Assembly: GCA_963829205.1 (NCBI GenBank)
Contig: CAWHHT010000005.1
Coordinates: 1,032,082 to 1,096,081 of the forward strand
DNA from: an uncultured Thermoleophilia bacterium
GTDB lineage: Bacteria > Actinomycetota > Thermoleophilia > UBA2241
Reading direction: 5' to 3'
DNA: 64,000 bases
This document shows, in pieces, positions 27,709 to 36,936 of the stretch. The translations under genes and the position numbers were made by a program. Numbering within the stretch: position 1 is the first letter of the stretch; every line of letters starts with the position of its first letter. The notes beneath the pieces were generated by a model. The model had not been told where the DNA came from and made no database searches. It saw only the letters and a program-made list of their open reading frames with translations.

Positions 27709-28646
27709 TCGTCCTCTCCGTTTGCGCCGGTTATCGCGAGGAAGACGTCGTCGAGCGTAGCCACCTCTTGGGAGAACTCAGTCGGCTCGATACGAGCCTC
27801 CTCGAGTCCGGCGAAGATGCTGGCTACTTGAGCCACCGTGCCATCTGTGGTGATCGTCAGCGTCGCGCCCTCGCCTTCAGTGTGAGCGTGACTCTTGCCA
27901 AGCACCCTCGCGGCAGCATCACGAGTCTCTTCGTCGTGGAAAGTCAGCTCGATCAGCCCACCCGGCACAAGCTTCTTCAGCTCGCTCGCTGTTCCACTGG
28001 CGACGATCCTGCCTTGGTGCAAGACCGCGATGGTGTCGGCCAGCTCATCGGCTTCTTCGAGATGCTGCGTCGTGAGGAAGACCGTCGTTCCGCCTTCGGC
28101 CAGTTCGCGGATCGTCCGCCACATCTCATTGCGGGCTTCCGGGTCAAACCCGGTGGTGGGTTCGTCCAGGAAGATGACCGAAGGGGTGCCGATCAGGCTC
28201 ATGGCGACGTCGAGGCGTCGGCGCATCCCGCCGGAGAACGTCGACACACCGCGATCGGCCGCTTCTTCCAGCCCGAACCGCCGCAACAGGTCTGCGGCGG
28301 TCTTGGCGGAGTCGGCTACATGGCGCAGGTCACCGATGAGCAGCAGGTTCTCACGGCCCGTCAGCTGATTATCGACGGCAGCGAATTGGCCGGTCAGACT
28401 GATCTCGTTGCGCACCCTGTCCGGTCGTGCAGCGATGTCGTAGCCGGCCACCGTGGCCGTGCCGCCATCGGCCTTGATGAGCGTCGTCAGGATGTTGATG
28501 GTCGTGGTCTTGCCGGCACCGTTGGAGCCCAGCAGCGCGAAGATGCTTCCCCGCGCCACGTCGAAGTCCACGCCCTTGAGCACCTGCAGCTTCTTGTAAG
28601 ACTTCTGCAATCCGTGGACATGGATCGCAACGTCCTTCGCTTCCAT
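27705..28646 (-). CDS. ABC transporter ATP-binding protein (DrrA-like)
   Basis: Walker A GSNGAGKTT, signature FSGGMRRR, Walker B VIFLDEPT. Confidence 0.9.
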   Translation of the reverse strand: MEAKDVAIHVHGLQKSYKKLQVLKGVDFDVARGSIFALLGSNGAGKTTTINILTTLIKADGGTATVAGYDIAARPDRVRNEISLTGQFAAVDNQLTGRENLLLIGDLRHVADSAKTAADLLRRFGLEEAADRGVSTFSGGMRRRLDVAMSLIGTPSVIFLDEPTTGFDPEARNEMWRTIRELAEGGTTVFLTTQHLEEADELADTIAVLHQGRIVASGTASELKKLVPGGLIELTFHDEETRDAAARVLGKSHAHTEGEGATLTITTDGTVAQVASIFAGLEEARIEPTEFSQEVATLDDVFLAITGANGEDE

Positions 28647-28659
28647 GCTTCTCGTCTCC

Positions 28660-29517
28660 CTATTCCACGGTCACGGTCGACAGGTCGGCGCCCATGCCTT
28701 TGAGCCCGGCGTACGTCAGCTTGTCCATGCGCGCCCCATCGAAGACGACGGTGCGGATGGCGGTGCGGTACTTCCTGCTCCAGGCGCGGAAGGACACATC
28801 GCGCAGCGTCGCACCCCGGAACGTGACGCCGTTCAGCGCCGCCCTGTCGAACCTCACGCCGGTGAAAGCTGCCCCGTCCAGGTTCAGACCGCGCAGATCG
28901 GAGTATGTGAAGTCCACACCGGTGAACGTGCAGTTCTCGAAGACCGTGCGCCTCAGGTCGACCATGCGGAACTTGACGTCCGTGAACGCGACCTCCGTGA
29001 ATCGGGCCTCGGTCAGCCCCGACTTGCTGAAGTCGGTGCGCACCAGGATGGAGCCGCGGAAGCTGGCACGTGCCAGCTCGGACGTCGATATCTTCGCATC
29101 GGTGAGATCGGCGCCGTCGAAGTTGACGTCCGCCACATCGCTGCTCCTGAACGAGCTGCCCGTCAGATCGGCACGCGAGAAATCGGAGCCGCGCAGCACG
29201 CTTGCATCGAACTTCCCGCCCGGCACCCTGACGTCCGCGAAATCGCTCTCCCCGAGCTCGCTCGCATCGAATCTCGTCACCAGTTGACGCTCGAGCGATC
29301 GGGAGAGGTTGGAGACCTCCTGCACGGTCTGCTCGATATCGCCGATACTGTCGATGGTCAACTCGAAGGCTGCCGCGTCGTCCTTGCCCTCGGCCTTGAG
29401 CTCGCGGAACCGCTCGTGCAGATCCGCAAGCAGGTCCGCTTTCAGCTCGTTGATGCTCTTAGCACCCTCGTAGGGCGCGAAGACGCCGTCCACGTATTCG
29501 TCTAGTCTGTCGCTCAT
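28660..29517 (-). CDS. Pentapeptide-repeat protein with N-terminal helical (PadR-associated) segment
   Basis: Long run of A(D/N)LxG-type pentapeptides (ADLTGSSFRSSDVADVNFDGADLTDAKI...). It lies directly downstream of padR. Confidence 0.8.
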   Translation of the reverse strand: MSDRLDEYVDGVFAPYEGAKSINELKADLLADLHERFRELKAEGKDDAAAFELTIDSIGDIEQTVQEVSNLSRSLERQLVTRFDASELGESDFADVRVPGGKFDASVLRGSDFSRADLTGSSFRSSDVADVNFDGADLTDAKISTSELARASFRGSILVRTDFSKSGLTEARFTEVAFTDVKFRMVDLRRTVFENCTFTGVDFTYSDLRGLNLDGAAFTGVRFDRAALNGVTFRGATLRDVSFRAWSRKYRTAIRTVVFDGARMDKLTYAGLKGMGADLSTVTVE

Positions 29518-29529
29518 CGATTCGTCTCC

Positions 29530-29859
29530 TCAAAGCAATGTGTCGAGCACGCGCTTCGCGTATTCCCAGTTGCTCTTGTTGCGGGCATGGGTCGCCCTGC
29601 CCTTCTCCGTGATCCGGAAGTACTTGCGCCTGCCGCCCTGAGATTCGTCGCCCCAGTACCACGTGATGTCGCCGTCCGCTTCCAGGCGCCGGACGCTTGA
29701 GTACATCGTGGCTTCCTTGAGCTCGTACTCGCCGTGCGAACGCTCGGCGATCAACTTGACGATCTCGTAGCCATAGCAGTCGGATTCCGTCAGCAGCCGT
29801 AGGATCATCGTGTCGGTGTTCCCACGCAGCAGATCGGATGTGATCCTGTTTGCGCTCAT
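29530..29859 (-). CDS. PadR family transcriptional regulator
   Basis: MILRLLTESDCYGYEIVKLI...ATMYSSVRRLEADGDITWYWGDESQGGRRKYFRITEKG. The ATG at 29859 has GGAGGTG 6 nt upstream. Confidence 0.9.
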   Translation of the reverse strand: MSANRITSDLLRGNTDTMILRLLTESDCYGYEIVKLIAERSHGEYELKEATMYSSVRRLEADGDITWYWGDESQGGRRKYFRITEKGRATHARNKSNWEYAKRVLDTLL

Positions 29860-30288
29860 CTCAGCACCTCCGACGGACAGTGTATGTCCTTGTACTGTGT
29901 CTGTCAAGGTAATAGTGATGGCACACTACATGGACGCGTGTAGGAGCTTGCTTCGGGCCGCCATCGACCCCAACGTCGTTTCCAATTCGAACGGGTGCTG
30001 GAGGCCTTGATGACGTGTCGCCGGCGGGCAAATGCACCGGATGCAGGCTCTTCCCAGCGGCCGCCGGCCGTGCCGACGCCCTGGCCACGGCCGCCAGGAC
30101 TCACGGGCCACGTTGCCGGGAGGCTCTGGTTCGCGAACCGAAAGGCTCCGCGCGGTGCCGGTATGCGATACTTAGTGGCAGCCGCGGCTGGTCAGGCCTC
30201 GTCGGGAAGCCGCACCACAGCCTCACGGTGAGCGGGGGCGATATGAAGCACGACAGAGGTCGGCTCGTTGCCACGACGATAGCGGCGC

Positions 30289-32220
30289 ATGGCCGCTGAG
30301 CGTCACTCCCCCCTCACCACGCAGCCGATCGCCGCTGCATCTCGCGGGGGCGCCCCCGAGGACTCCGGCTCCGGCTCACTCCTGGCGCGCGCAGCAGATG
30401 CGCTCGCGCGCCGGCCTCAGCCCAGTGCCTGGCGCCTGCTCGCCGTCGCCATCGCGGTCGAGTCCGCCTGTCTGCTAGCGCTCGGGGCCGTCCATCAAAC
30501 GCGCCACATCCTCGGCCTCCCTGGCTCGGTGATGGCGCTGGTGTCCGTCGTCGCCGGCGCTGTCGGCGGCCCCGCAGTCGGCCTCGTGACTGCCCTTGCC
30601 GGCGGCGCCGTGTACGCGGCGACCGTCGCGAGCCTGGGGGCGCGTGGCTCCTGGCCCGCGACGATCACTTCTATCGTGGTCTGGTCGGCGACCGCTCTTG
30701 CTGCAGGTGCCCTGGGAGATGCACTACGCGGCCAGCACAGGCAGTTGCGTCGTGCCTCCGACTACAACCGCAGCCTCCTCGAGGCCAGCCTCGACGCCCT
30801 CGTCACCATCGGGCCCACCGGCCAGATCACCGACGTCAACGAGGCCACGGAGCACCTCACCGGTGCCACTCGCGAGCAGCTCATCGGCAGCGATTTCAGC
30901 GACTACTTCACGAACCCGCAAGAGGCGCGCAGGGGGTACGAGCGGGTGTTCGATGAAGGACTCGTCATCGATTACCCGCTCGCCATCCACCACCCCTCGG
31001 GCAGGGTCACGGACGTGCTGTACAACGCGACCGTCTACAGAAGCGAGGCCGGCGAGGTCATCGGCGTCTTCGCCGCGGCGCGCGATATCACTGAGCGCAA
31101 GCGTGCCGAGGAGGGGTTGCGACGGGCCAGCAATTACAACCGCAGCCTCCTTGAGGCCAGCCTTGACGCCCTGGTCACTATCGGCCCCGACGGCAAGATC
31201 ACCGATGTGAACGAGGCCACCGAGCGTGTCACCGGCGTCCCTCGAGAGCGGATGGTGGGTAGCGATTTCAGCGACTACTTCACGGACCCGCACCAGGCGC
31301 GAAGGGGCTATGAACGGGTCTTCGAGGAGGGCCTCGTCACCGATTATCCGCTCGCCATTCGTCATGCCTTGGGGACGGTCACGGACGTGCTCTACAACGC
31401 CACCGTCTACCACGACGAGGGCGGCGCCGTCGCCGGCGTCTTCGCCGCCGCGCGCGACGTCACCGAGCGCAAGCGTGCCGAGGAGGCGCTGCTCCGCGCT
31501 GAGGCGGCGCTGCGGGCCGAAAGGAACGAGCTGGCGCGCTCGAACGCCGAACTCGAGCAGTTCGCCTACGTGGCCTCGCATGACTTGCAGGAGCCGCTAC
31601 GCATGGTGGCGAGCTACACGCAGCTGCTGGCGCGCCGCTACGAGGGCAAGCTCGACGAGGACGCCCACGAATTCATCGGCTACGCAGTCGATGGCGCTAC
31701 GCGCATGCAGCAGCTCATCAGCGACCTGCTCGCCTTCTCGCGGGTCGGCACGCGCGGCAAGCCGCTCGAGCCGATGGAGTCGCAGGCCGCCTACGAGGAG
31801 GCAGTCACGAACCTCGAACTGAGTATCGAGGAGTGCGACGCCGAGGTGAGCGCCGACCCCCTGCCTGCCATTCTCGGAGATCACATGCAGATCGTGCAGT
31901 TGCTGCAGAACCTCATCGGCAACGCCATCAAGTTCCACGGAGAGTCCGCGCCCCGCGTGCACGTTTCGGCGCAGCGTCGGGACAGCGACTGGCTGTTCTC
32001 GGTAGCCGACAACGGCATCGGCATCGATCCGCAGTACTTCGAGCGCATCTTCGTGATCTTCCAGCGCCTCCAGGGCCGCCGCGAGTTCCCCGGCACCGGC
32101 ATCGGCCTCGCGCTCTGCCAGAAGATCGTTGCGCGCCACCACGGCCGCATCTGGGTCGAGTCCGAGCCCGCTCTAGGGTCCACCTTCTACTTCACGATCC
32201 CCATCCAAGGAGAGAGCTGA
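30289..32220 (+). CDS. Membrane-anchored PAS-PAS sensor histidine kinase
   Basis: N-terminal hydrophobic spans, two PAS modules, H-box [14 protein letters not shown], and an ATPase domain with [16 protein letters not shown] and GTGIGL. Confidence 0.9.
   Translation: MAAERHSPLTTQPIAAASRGGAPEDSGSGSLLARAADALARRPQPSAWRLLAVAIAVESACLLALGAVHQTRHILGLPGSVMALVSVVAGAVGGPAVGLVTALAGGAVYAATVASLGARGSWPATITSIVVWSATALAAGALGDALRGQHRQLRRASDYNRSLLEASLDALVTIGPTGQITDVNEATEHLTGATREQLIGSDFSDYFTNPQEARRGYERVFDEGLVIDYPLAIHHPSGRVTDVLYNATVYRSEAGEVIGVFAAARDITERKRAEEGLRRASNYNRSLLEASLDALVTIGPDGKITDVNEATERVTGVPRERMVGSDFSDYFTDPHQARRGYERVFEEGLVTDYPLAIRHALGTVTDVLYNATVYHDEGGAVAGVFAAARDVTERKRAEEALLRAEAALRAERNELARSNAELEQFAYVASHDLQEPLRMVASYTQLLARRYEGKLDEDAHEFIGYAVDGATRMQQLISDLLAFSRVGTRGKPLEPMESQAAYEEAVTNLELSIEECDAEVSADPLPAILGDHMQIVQLLQNLIGNAIKFHGESAPRVHVSAQRRDSDWLFSVADNGIGIDPQYFERIFVIFQRLQGRREFPGTGIGLALCQKIVARHHGRIWVESEPALGSTFYFTIPIQGES
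30761..31504 (+). repeat. Tandem duplication of a 372-bp PAS-encoding unit
   Basis: [29 protein letters not shown]...[14 protein letters not shown] occurs twice. The DNA offset is 30761 to 31133, i.e. 372 nt, with high but imperfect identity. Confidence 0.75.
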
Positions 32221-32666
32221 TGATGGTCACGAGTCCGATCGAGATCCTCATGGTCGAGGACAGCCCTGGCGACGCGCGGCTGACGATCGAGGCGCTCAAA
32301 GACGCCAAGGTCCTCAACCGCATCAGCGTCGTTGAGGACGGCGTCGACGCGATGGCGTTCCTGCGCCGGGAGGGCAAGCATGCCGATGCACCACGGCCCG
32401 ACCTCATCCTCCTCGACCTGAATCTGCCGAAGAAGGATGGCCGCGAGGTATTGGCTGAGGTCAAGGGCGACCCGGGGCTGGCGCAGATCCCGGTCGTCGT
32501 GCTGACGACATCGCAGGCCGAGCAGGACATCCTCCAGAGCTACCAGCTGCACGCCAACTGCTACATCACGAAGCCCGTCGACCTCGACCAGTTCATGACC
32601 GTGATCAAGTCGGTCGAGTCGTTCTGGTTGAGCGTCGTCAGGCTGCCCAAGGTCGATTTCGAGTAA
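32220..32666 (+). CDS. Single-domain response regulator (receiver only)
   Basis: [19 protein letters not shown]...[13 protein letters not shown]...ANCYITKP. The ATG shares one base with the kinase TGA (TGATGATG). Confidence 0.9.
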   Translation: MMVTSPIEILMVEDSPGDARLTIEALKDAKVLNRISVVEDGVDAMAFLRREGKHADAPRPDLILLDLNLPKKDGREVLAEVKGDPGLAQIPVVVLTTSQAEQDILQSYQLHANCYITKPVDLDQFMTVIKSVESFWLSVVRLPKVDFE

Positions 32667-32669
32667 CGG

Positions 32670-34265
32670 GTGACCCTTCTGGCCCCAGAGTCCTCCGGCG
32701 ATGGCGCGCGAAGTGCGGGCGATGGCCAACGTCGCCGGCTCCGCGTCCTGCTGATCGAGGACAATCCCGGCGATGCCCGCCTCATTCGCGTGCAGCTGGC
32801 CTCGACAGGGGCGCGCATCCACCTCGAGTGGGTGGAGCGCCTCACCGAAGGCCTGGCAATGCTGGCTGCCGGGGGGCAGGCCTTTGACGCCGTCCTCCTC
32901 GACCTTTCCCTGCCGGACAGCCAGGGCCTCGCCACTTTCGAGCGCCTCCACGCGGCGGCGCCGCGCGTACCTACCATCGTGCTCACCGGCCTCGAGGACG
33001 AGGAGCTCGCCGCCACAGCCGTCCGCAACGGAGCTCAGGACTACCTGCCAAAGAGCCAGGTCGATGGTCCTTTGTTGGTGCGCGCCGTGCGCTACGCGAT
33101 CGAGCGCCAACGATCCGAGGACGCTTTGCGCCGAAGCGAAGAGAAGCTGCGCCTCGCGATGGAGGCGAGTGAGTCGGCCGTCTGGGACCTCGACGTTCGT
33201 GCACGGACAATGACTGCCAGCGCCGAGAGCCAGGCGATGCTCGGACGCGAGGCCGCCGAAGTGACCGAGAGCCTCGATGCGGCATGGGCTGAACACATCC
33301 ACCCGGACGACCGGGCGGACACGTTGCGGGCGCTTGAGGACGCACTCGTGGGACGGATGCCCTACTTCGAGCACGACCACCGCCTCCTCGCAGCAGACGG
33401 CAGCTGGCTCTGGGTCCACGGCAAAGGCAGCGTCGTTGAGCGCGACGCGCACGGAGCACCACTGCGCCTCCTCATGACGCGGACGAACATCACGGCGCGC
33501 AAGGCCGCCGAAGCGGCGGCGGCTGAGAACGCGGACCGCTTCGAGGAGCAGCGCCGCATCGCCACGGCACTTCAGGAGAATTTCGTCCGTGCCCTGCCTG
33601 AGGTACGTGGTCTTGAGTTCGGCCGGGTCTTGCGAGCCGCCTACCAGGCCGAGCTCGTCGGGGGCGACTTCAGTGACGTCTTCTTCGTCGACGATGCGCA
33701 CGTCGCCGTCCTCATCGGCGACGTGGCTGGAAAAGGCATCCGCGCCGCGGGGCACGCCGAGACGGTGCGCGCCGCGGTGAGGGCCTTTGCCATGATCGAT
33801 GCTTCGCCGGCCTTCGTCCTTCGCAAGACAAACGAGATGCTTCTGCGCAATCGGCCCGCCTCCGGCGGGCTGGAGTTCGTGACTGCCTCCCTGGCTGTGA
33901 TCGATTTGCAGACGGGGCACGCCGCGTTCAGTAGCGCAGGACATCCCGCCGCGGTGCACGCGGGTCCCTTCTCATGTTCCCCCCTCGATATCGTCCAGGG
34001 CGTCGCGCTCGGCTTCCTGGCGTCGGACTATGTCGACGGACACACGATGCTGGCGCTCGGCGACTATCTCGTCTTCTATACGGACGGGGTGACGGAGGCG
34101 CGCCGTGACGGCGAGCTCTTCGAAGAGGAACGCCTCGTGGCCGCCATCTGCCGCCTGCGCCACGAGCCGCCGCAGGCACTAGTAGAGGGTGTCTTGGATG
34201 CGGCGGCTACCTTTGCCGGCGAGCTGCGAGACGACCTGCTGGTGCTCGCCGTGCGCTTCGGCTAG
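32670..34265 (+). CDS. Response regulator receiver - PAS - PP2C (SpoIIE/RsbU-type) phosphatase
   Basis: REC (VLLIEDNPGDA...LLDLSLPDSQG...DYLPK), a PAS module, and PP2C motifs GGDFSDVF, IGDVAGKG and FYTDGVTEAR. Confidence 0.9.
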   Translation: MTLLAPESSGDGARSAGDGQRRRLRVLLIEDNPGDARLIRVQLASTGARIHLEWVERLTEGLAMLAAGGQAFDAVLLDLSLPDSQGLATFERLHAAAPRVPTIVLTGLEDEELAATAVRNGAQDYLPKSQVDGPLLVRAVRYAIERQRSEDALRRSEEKLRLAMEASESAVWDLDVRARTMTASAESQAMLGREAAEVTESLDAAWAEHIHPDDRADTLRALEDALVGRMPYFEHDHRLLAADGSWLWVHGKGSVVERDAHGAPLRLLMTRTNITARKAAEAAAAENADRFEEQRRIATALQENFVRALPEVRGLEFGRVLRAAYQAELVGGDFSDVFFVDDAHVAVLIGDVAGKGIRAAGHAETVRAAVRAFAMIDASPAFVLRKTNEMLLRNRPASGGLEFVTASLAVIDLQTGHAAFSSAGHPAAVHAGPFSCSPLDIVQGVALGFLASDYVDGHTMLALGDYLVFYTDGVTEARRDGELFEEERLVAAICRLRHEPPQALVEGVLDAAATFAGELRDDLLVLAVRFG

Positions 34266-34416
34266 GAGAGAGCGCCTCCTGAGCGCGTCGCCGCGTACTC
34301 AGGGCACGATCCTCCAGCGAGAGGCGCTTCACAACATCTGAAGACGCGTCCCAGCCGCGGAAGCTGGCCCTATGCGGCCGTTCCGTCCCGGCCGCAGACG
34401 GGATGCCCACGCACGT

Positions 34417-35058
34417 TCAATCCTCGTCGCGACGCCCGCTCCGCGCCGCTTCCAGCGCCTCCGCGGCTTCACCACGGATCCACCAGATCATCGCCAGCGC
34501 GGCGGCCGGGTCGGCCCACCACCAGCCGAGGAGACGGTTCAGGAGCAGGCCCGCGAGCAAGGTCGCCGACATGTAGATGCAGACCAGCGAGCAGGCGGCA
34601 TCGGCGCGCAAGGCCGGGCTCTCCAGCTTCTCTGCGAGTCGCCGGCGCCAGCGCCAAAGCAGCGGCATGATGACGAGCGCCGCGACGGCGAGCACGAGGC
34701 CGGCCGTCGAAGACTCGGGGTGGCTGCGGCTCACGAGGCTCCAGACCGACGTCGCCACGATGTAGACGATGAGGCCGTAGAGGCCCCAGCCGACGAGGCG
34801 GGACGCCTGGCGCTCGCGGGCGTCGAGCTCCTCGTCGCTGGCACGGTCGGTGTGCAGCAGCAGCTGGCGCAGCACCACGGCAGCGGTGAAGAGCTCGATG
34901 CCGCTGTCGACGCCGAAGGAGGTGAGCGCCACCGAGCGCGCGGCGATGCCGGCCCAGAGCGCCACCGCCAGCTCGACCACCATCCACGCCAGTGTCAGCG
35001 CCTCGGCGAGGCGCGCCTGGCGGATCAAGCCGTCGACTGATCGGGTCGCTGTGGCCAT
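34417..35058 (-). CDS. Cation-efflux (CDF-like) membrane protein, transmembrane domain only
   Basis: 213 aa with about 6 hydrophobic spans. The pattern LTLAWMVVELAVALWAGIAARSVALTSFGVDSGIE resembles the CDF TM1-2 region. Confidence 0.65.
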   Translation of the reverse strand: MATATRSVDGLIRQARLAEALTLAWMVVELAVALWAGIAARSVALTSFGVDSGIELFTAAVVLRQLLLHTDRASDEELDARERQASRLVGWGLYGLIVYIVATSVWSLVSRSHPESSTAGLVLAVAALVIMPLLWRWRRRLAEKLESPALRADAACSLVCIYMSATLLAGLLLNRLLGWWWADPAAALAMIWWIRGEAAEALEAARSGRRDED

Positions 35059-35143
35059 CTCACCGGAGCATACCCGCGAACGACAAAGGGCCGGCTGCCG
35101 CCGGCCCTAGAGTCGCGTCTGTGCTCCGCTCGTGCGTAAGGGT

Positions 35144-36005
35144 CTACCAGCCGAAGCCGCCCCACATGCCGCCGAGGCCCATCCAGCCGCCGGCGCCGTT
35201 GCGCATGCGGGTGGCTGGTCGTCGCCATGCCGTGGTGGCGATAGAAGCTCTTCACCTGAGTGCGGTTGTGCATGGTCAGCGTGCGCAGAGCCGTCTGCGC
35301 CGTTGCACTCCTCAGGTTGGAGGCGTAGCGCTGCTGCCAGCCACGCATCGCGGTGGTCTGCCGGCCGCGCATCGTGAGCCAGTTGCCGAAGCCCCTCGTG
35401 TGGCTGGTCATCCACGACGCTCCGTAGCCCGCGCCCCACATGTGGCTCGCGTTCCAGGAGCCGCTGCCCATCATGCCGCCCGTCTGCCAGCCGCCCCACA
35501 TGCCACCAGACGGACAGGTCCACGCCGTACCGTTGCCGTACTGCTGGTAGAACGCCTTCATGTCGTTCCAGAAGCTTGTCCACAGCGTGTGCAGCGCCTG
35601 CTGGGCCGCCGCCGAGGTGAGGTCGGTCTTGTAGCTGTCGTGCCAGGCCTGCACGGCCTTGAGGTGATCGGCGCGCAGCTGAAGCCAAGCCTGAAGGGCG
35701 GCGGGGTTGCTGGTGAGCCAGCCAATGCCGGAGCCCATGCCCCACATGCCAGTGCCGCCCCAAGCGCCGGCGCCGCCGCCGTTCCAGATGCCGCCGCCAC
35801 ACCACGAGGCGCCCCCGCCGCCGGGCGGGGTCGTCGAGCTCGGCGATGGTGTGGGAGTCGGCATCATGGACGACGTCGGCCTCGGCATTGGCGTCGGCAT
35901 CATGGCTGTGGAGCTGGAAGTCGCGCCCGCGATAGGCGCCAGCACGACCGAGGCCAGCACGACGACCGCGCCGGTCGCGAGCAGTGGCTTGAGTCCGAAC
36001 CTCAT
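35144..36005 (-). pseudogene. Secreted Gly/Met/Trp-rich protein, ZraP/Spy (LTxxQ)-like, internally duplicated; apparent 1-nt insertion near 35207-35211
   Basis: Signal peptide MRFGLKPLLATGAVVVLASVVLAPIAGA and a Pro/Thr/Ser linker. Two helical units (..LTSAAAQQALHTLW.., ..LRSATAQTALRTL..) are flanked by GMWGMG, GGMWGGWQTGGMMGSGSW and HMWGAGYG. High GC3 moves to another frame for the last 24 codons (RMRNGAGGWMGLGGMWGGFGW, TAG 35146-35144). Confidence 0.55.
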
Positions 36006-36299
36006 GAAATGACCATCCCTTGTCTGATTGGCAGCTTGCAGGTTGCGAGCGTCCCATGGCACTTTACTTGATCACCGTGAAGAACTTGTGTCGAGGCGTT
36101 GCCGGCGCCTTCGCCGAAATGCGCGTGACGGGACTTGCTGGAGGTTGGGAAGACATGTTCGCGTCGGAGAAGTGGGCGGTGTGCTGGACTTCACGCCTCG
36201 CTGCCGACAGGGGAGCAGCCCAAGCCGTCGCCGATACCGAAGCGGACGAGTCAACCAGGGCGTGTCACGCACACGCGCCGGCATTCCCGAGCGCGAGCG

Positions 36300-36483
36300 C
36301 TAGACGCGCTCGAACATCCTCGCCGCCAGCTTGGTGTTCATCTTCCTCGGCGCGAACCTCAGGGCGAAGACCAGCAGCCGGTTCCCGGAACCCGGGATGG
36401 CGATCAGCTGGCAGCCAGTTGGCGGGCGAGCTCCCGTCCGATCCCGCTGGACGCCCCCGTGACGAGCGCGTACTCGGTATCGT
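36300..36483 (-). pseudogene. Short-chain dehydrogenase remnant (N-terminal 29 aa joined out of frame to C-terminal 37 aa)
   Basis: MQSDDTEYALVTGASSGIGRELARQLAAS (the TGxxxGxG cofactor motif) runs into a stop. The next frame gives CQLIAIPGSGNRLLVFALRFAPRKMNTKLAARMFERV, a typical SDR C-terminal tail. About 180 central codons are missing. Confidence 0.6.
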
Positions 36484-36936
36484 CGCTCTGCATCGGTCCC
36501 CCTCTCGTCGACCCCGACGCCCGCCCTTGCTGCCACTGGCGCCGCTGACGGAGCAACTGCTCTCGTTGTTCGATACCCGAATGGCTCCGGCAACGCACTC
36601 GCTCGCCTCGTCCACGCCGCCCACCCAACCCAGATGAATGCACTCTCGCGCCCAAGCTCCGGCGCCGATCCCGGCGATGCAGGAGGAGGCTGCGGAGCTG
36701 ATCGCGGGGCTGGTGTTCGCGGGCAGCGATCACGCCAAGGAGCAGCCGGACCGGCATCGAAGAGCTACTCCGAGACTCGCGAAATCTCGTCGGCGCGGCA
36801 GGGGACGTGATCCTGGCTGCCGCGGAACCATCGCTTGCGCTCGCCGTCGACTCAAGCAGAGGCACCGCGCCTGCCGATGCTTGGAGTTGCGGGGCTCGAC
36901 GCACGGTCTCACGATTCGAAGAGGAGAGGCAGCACG

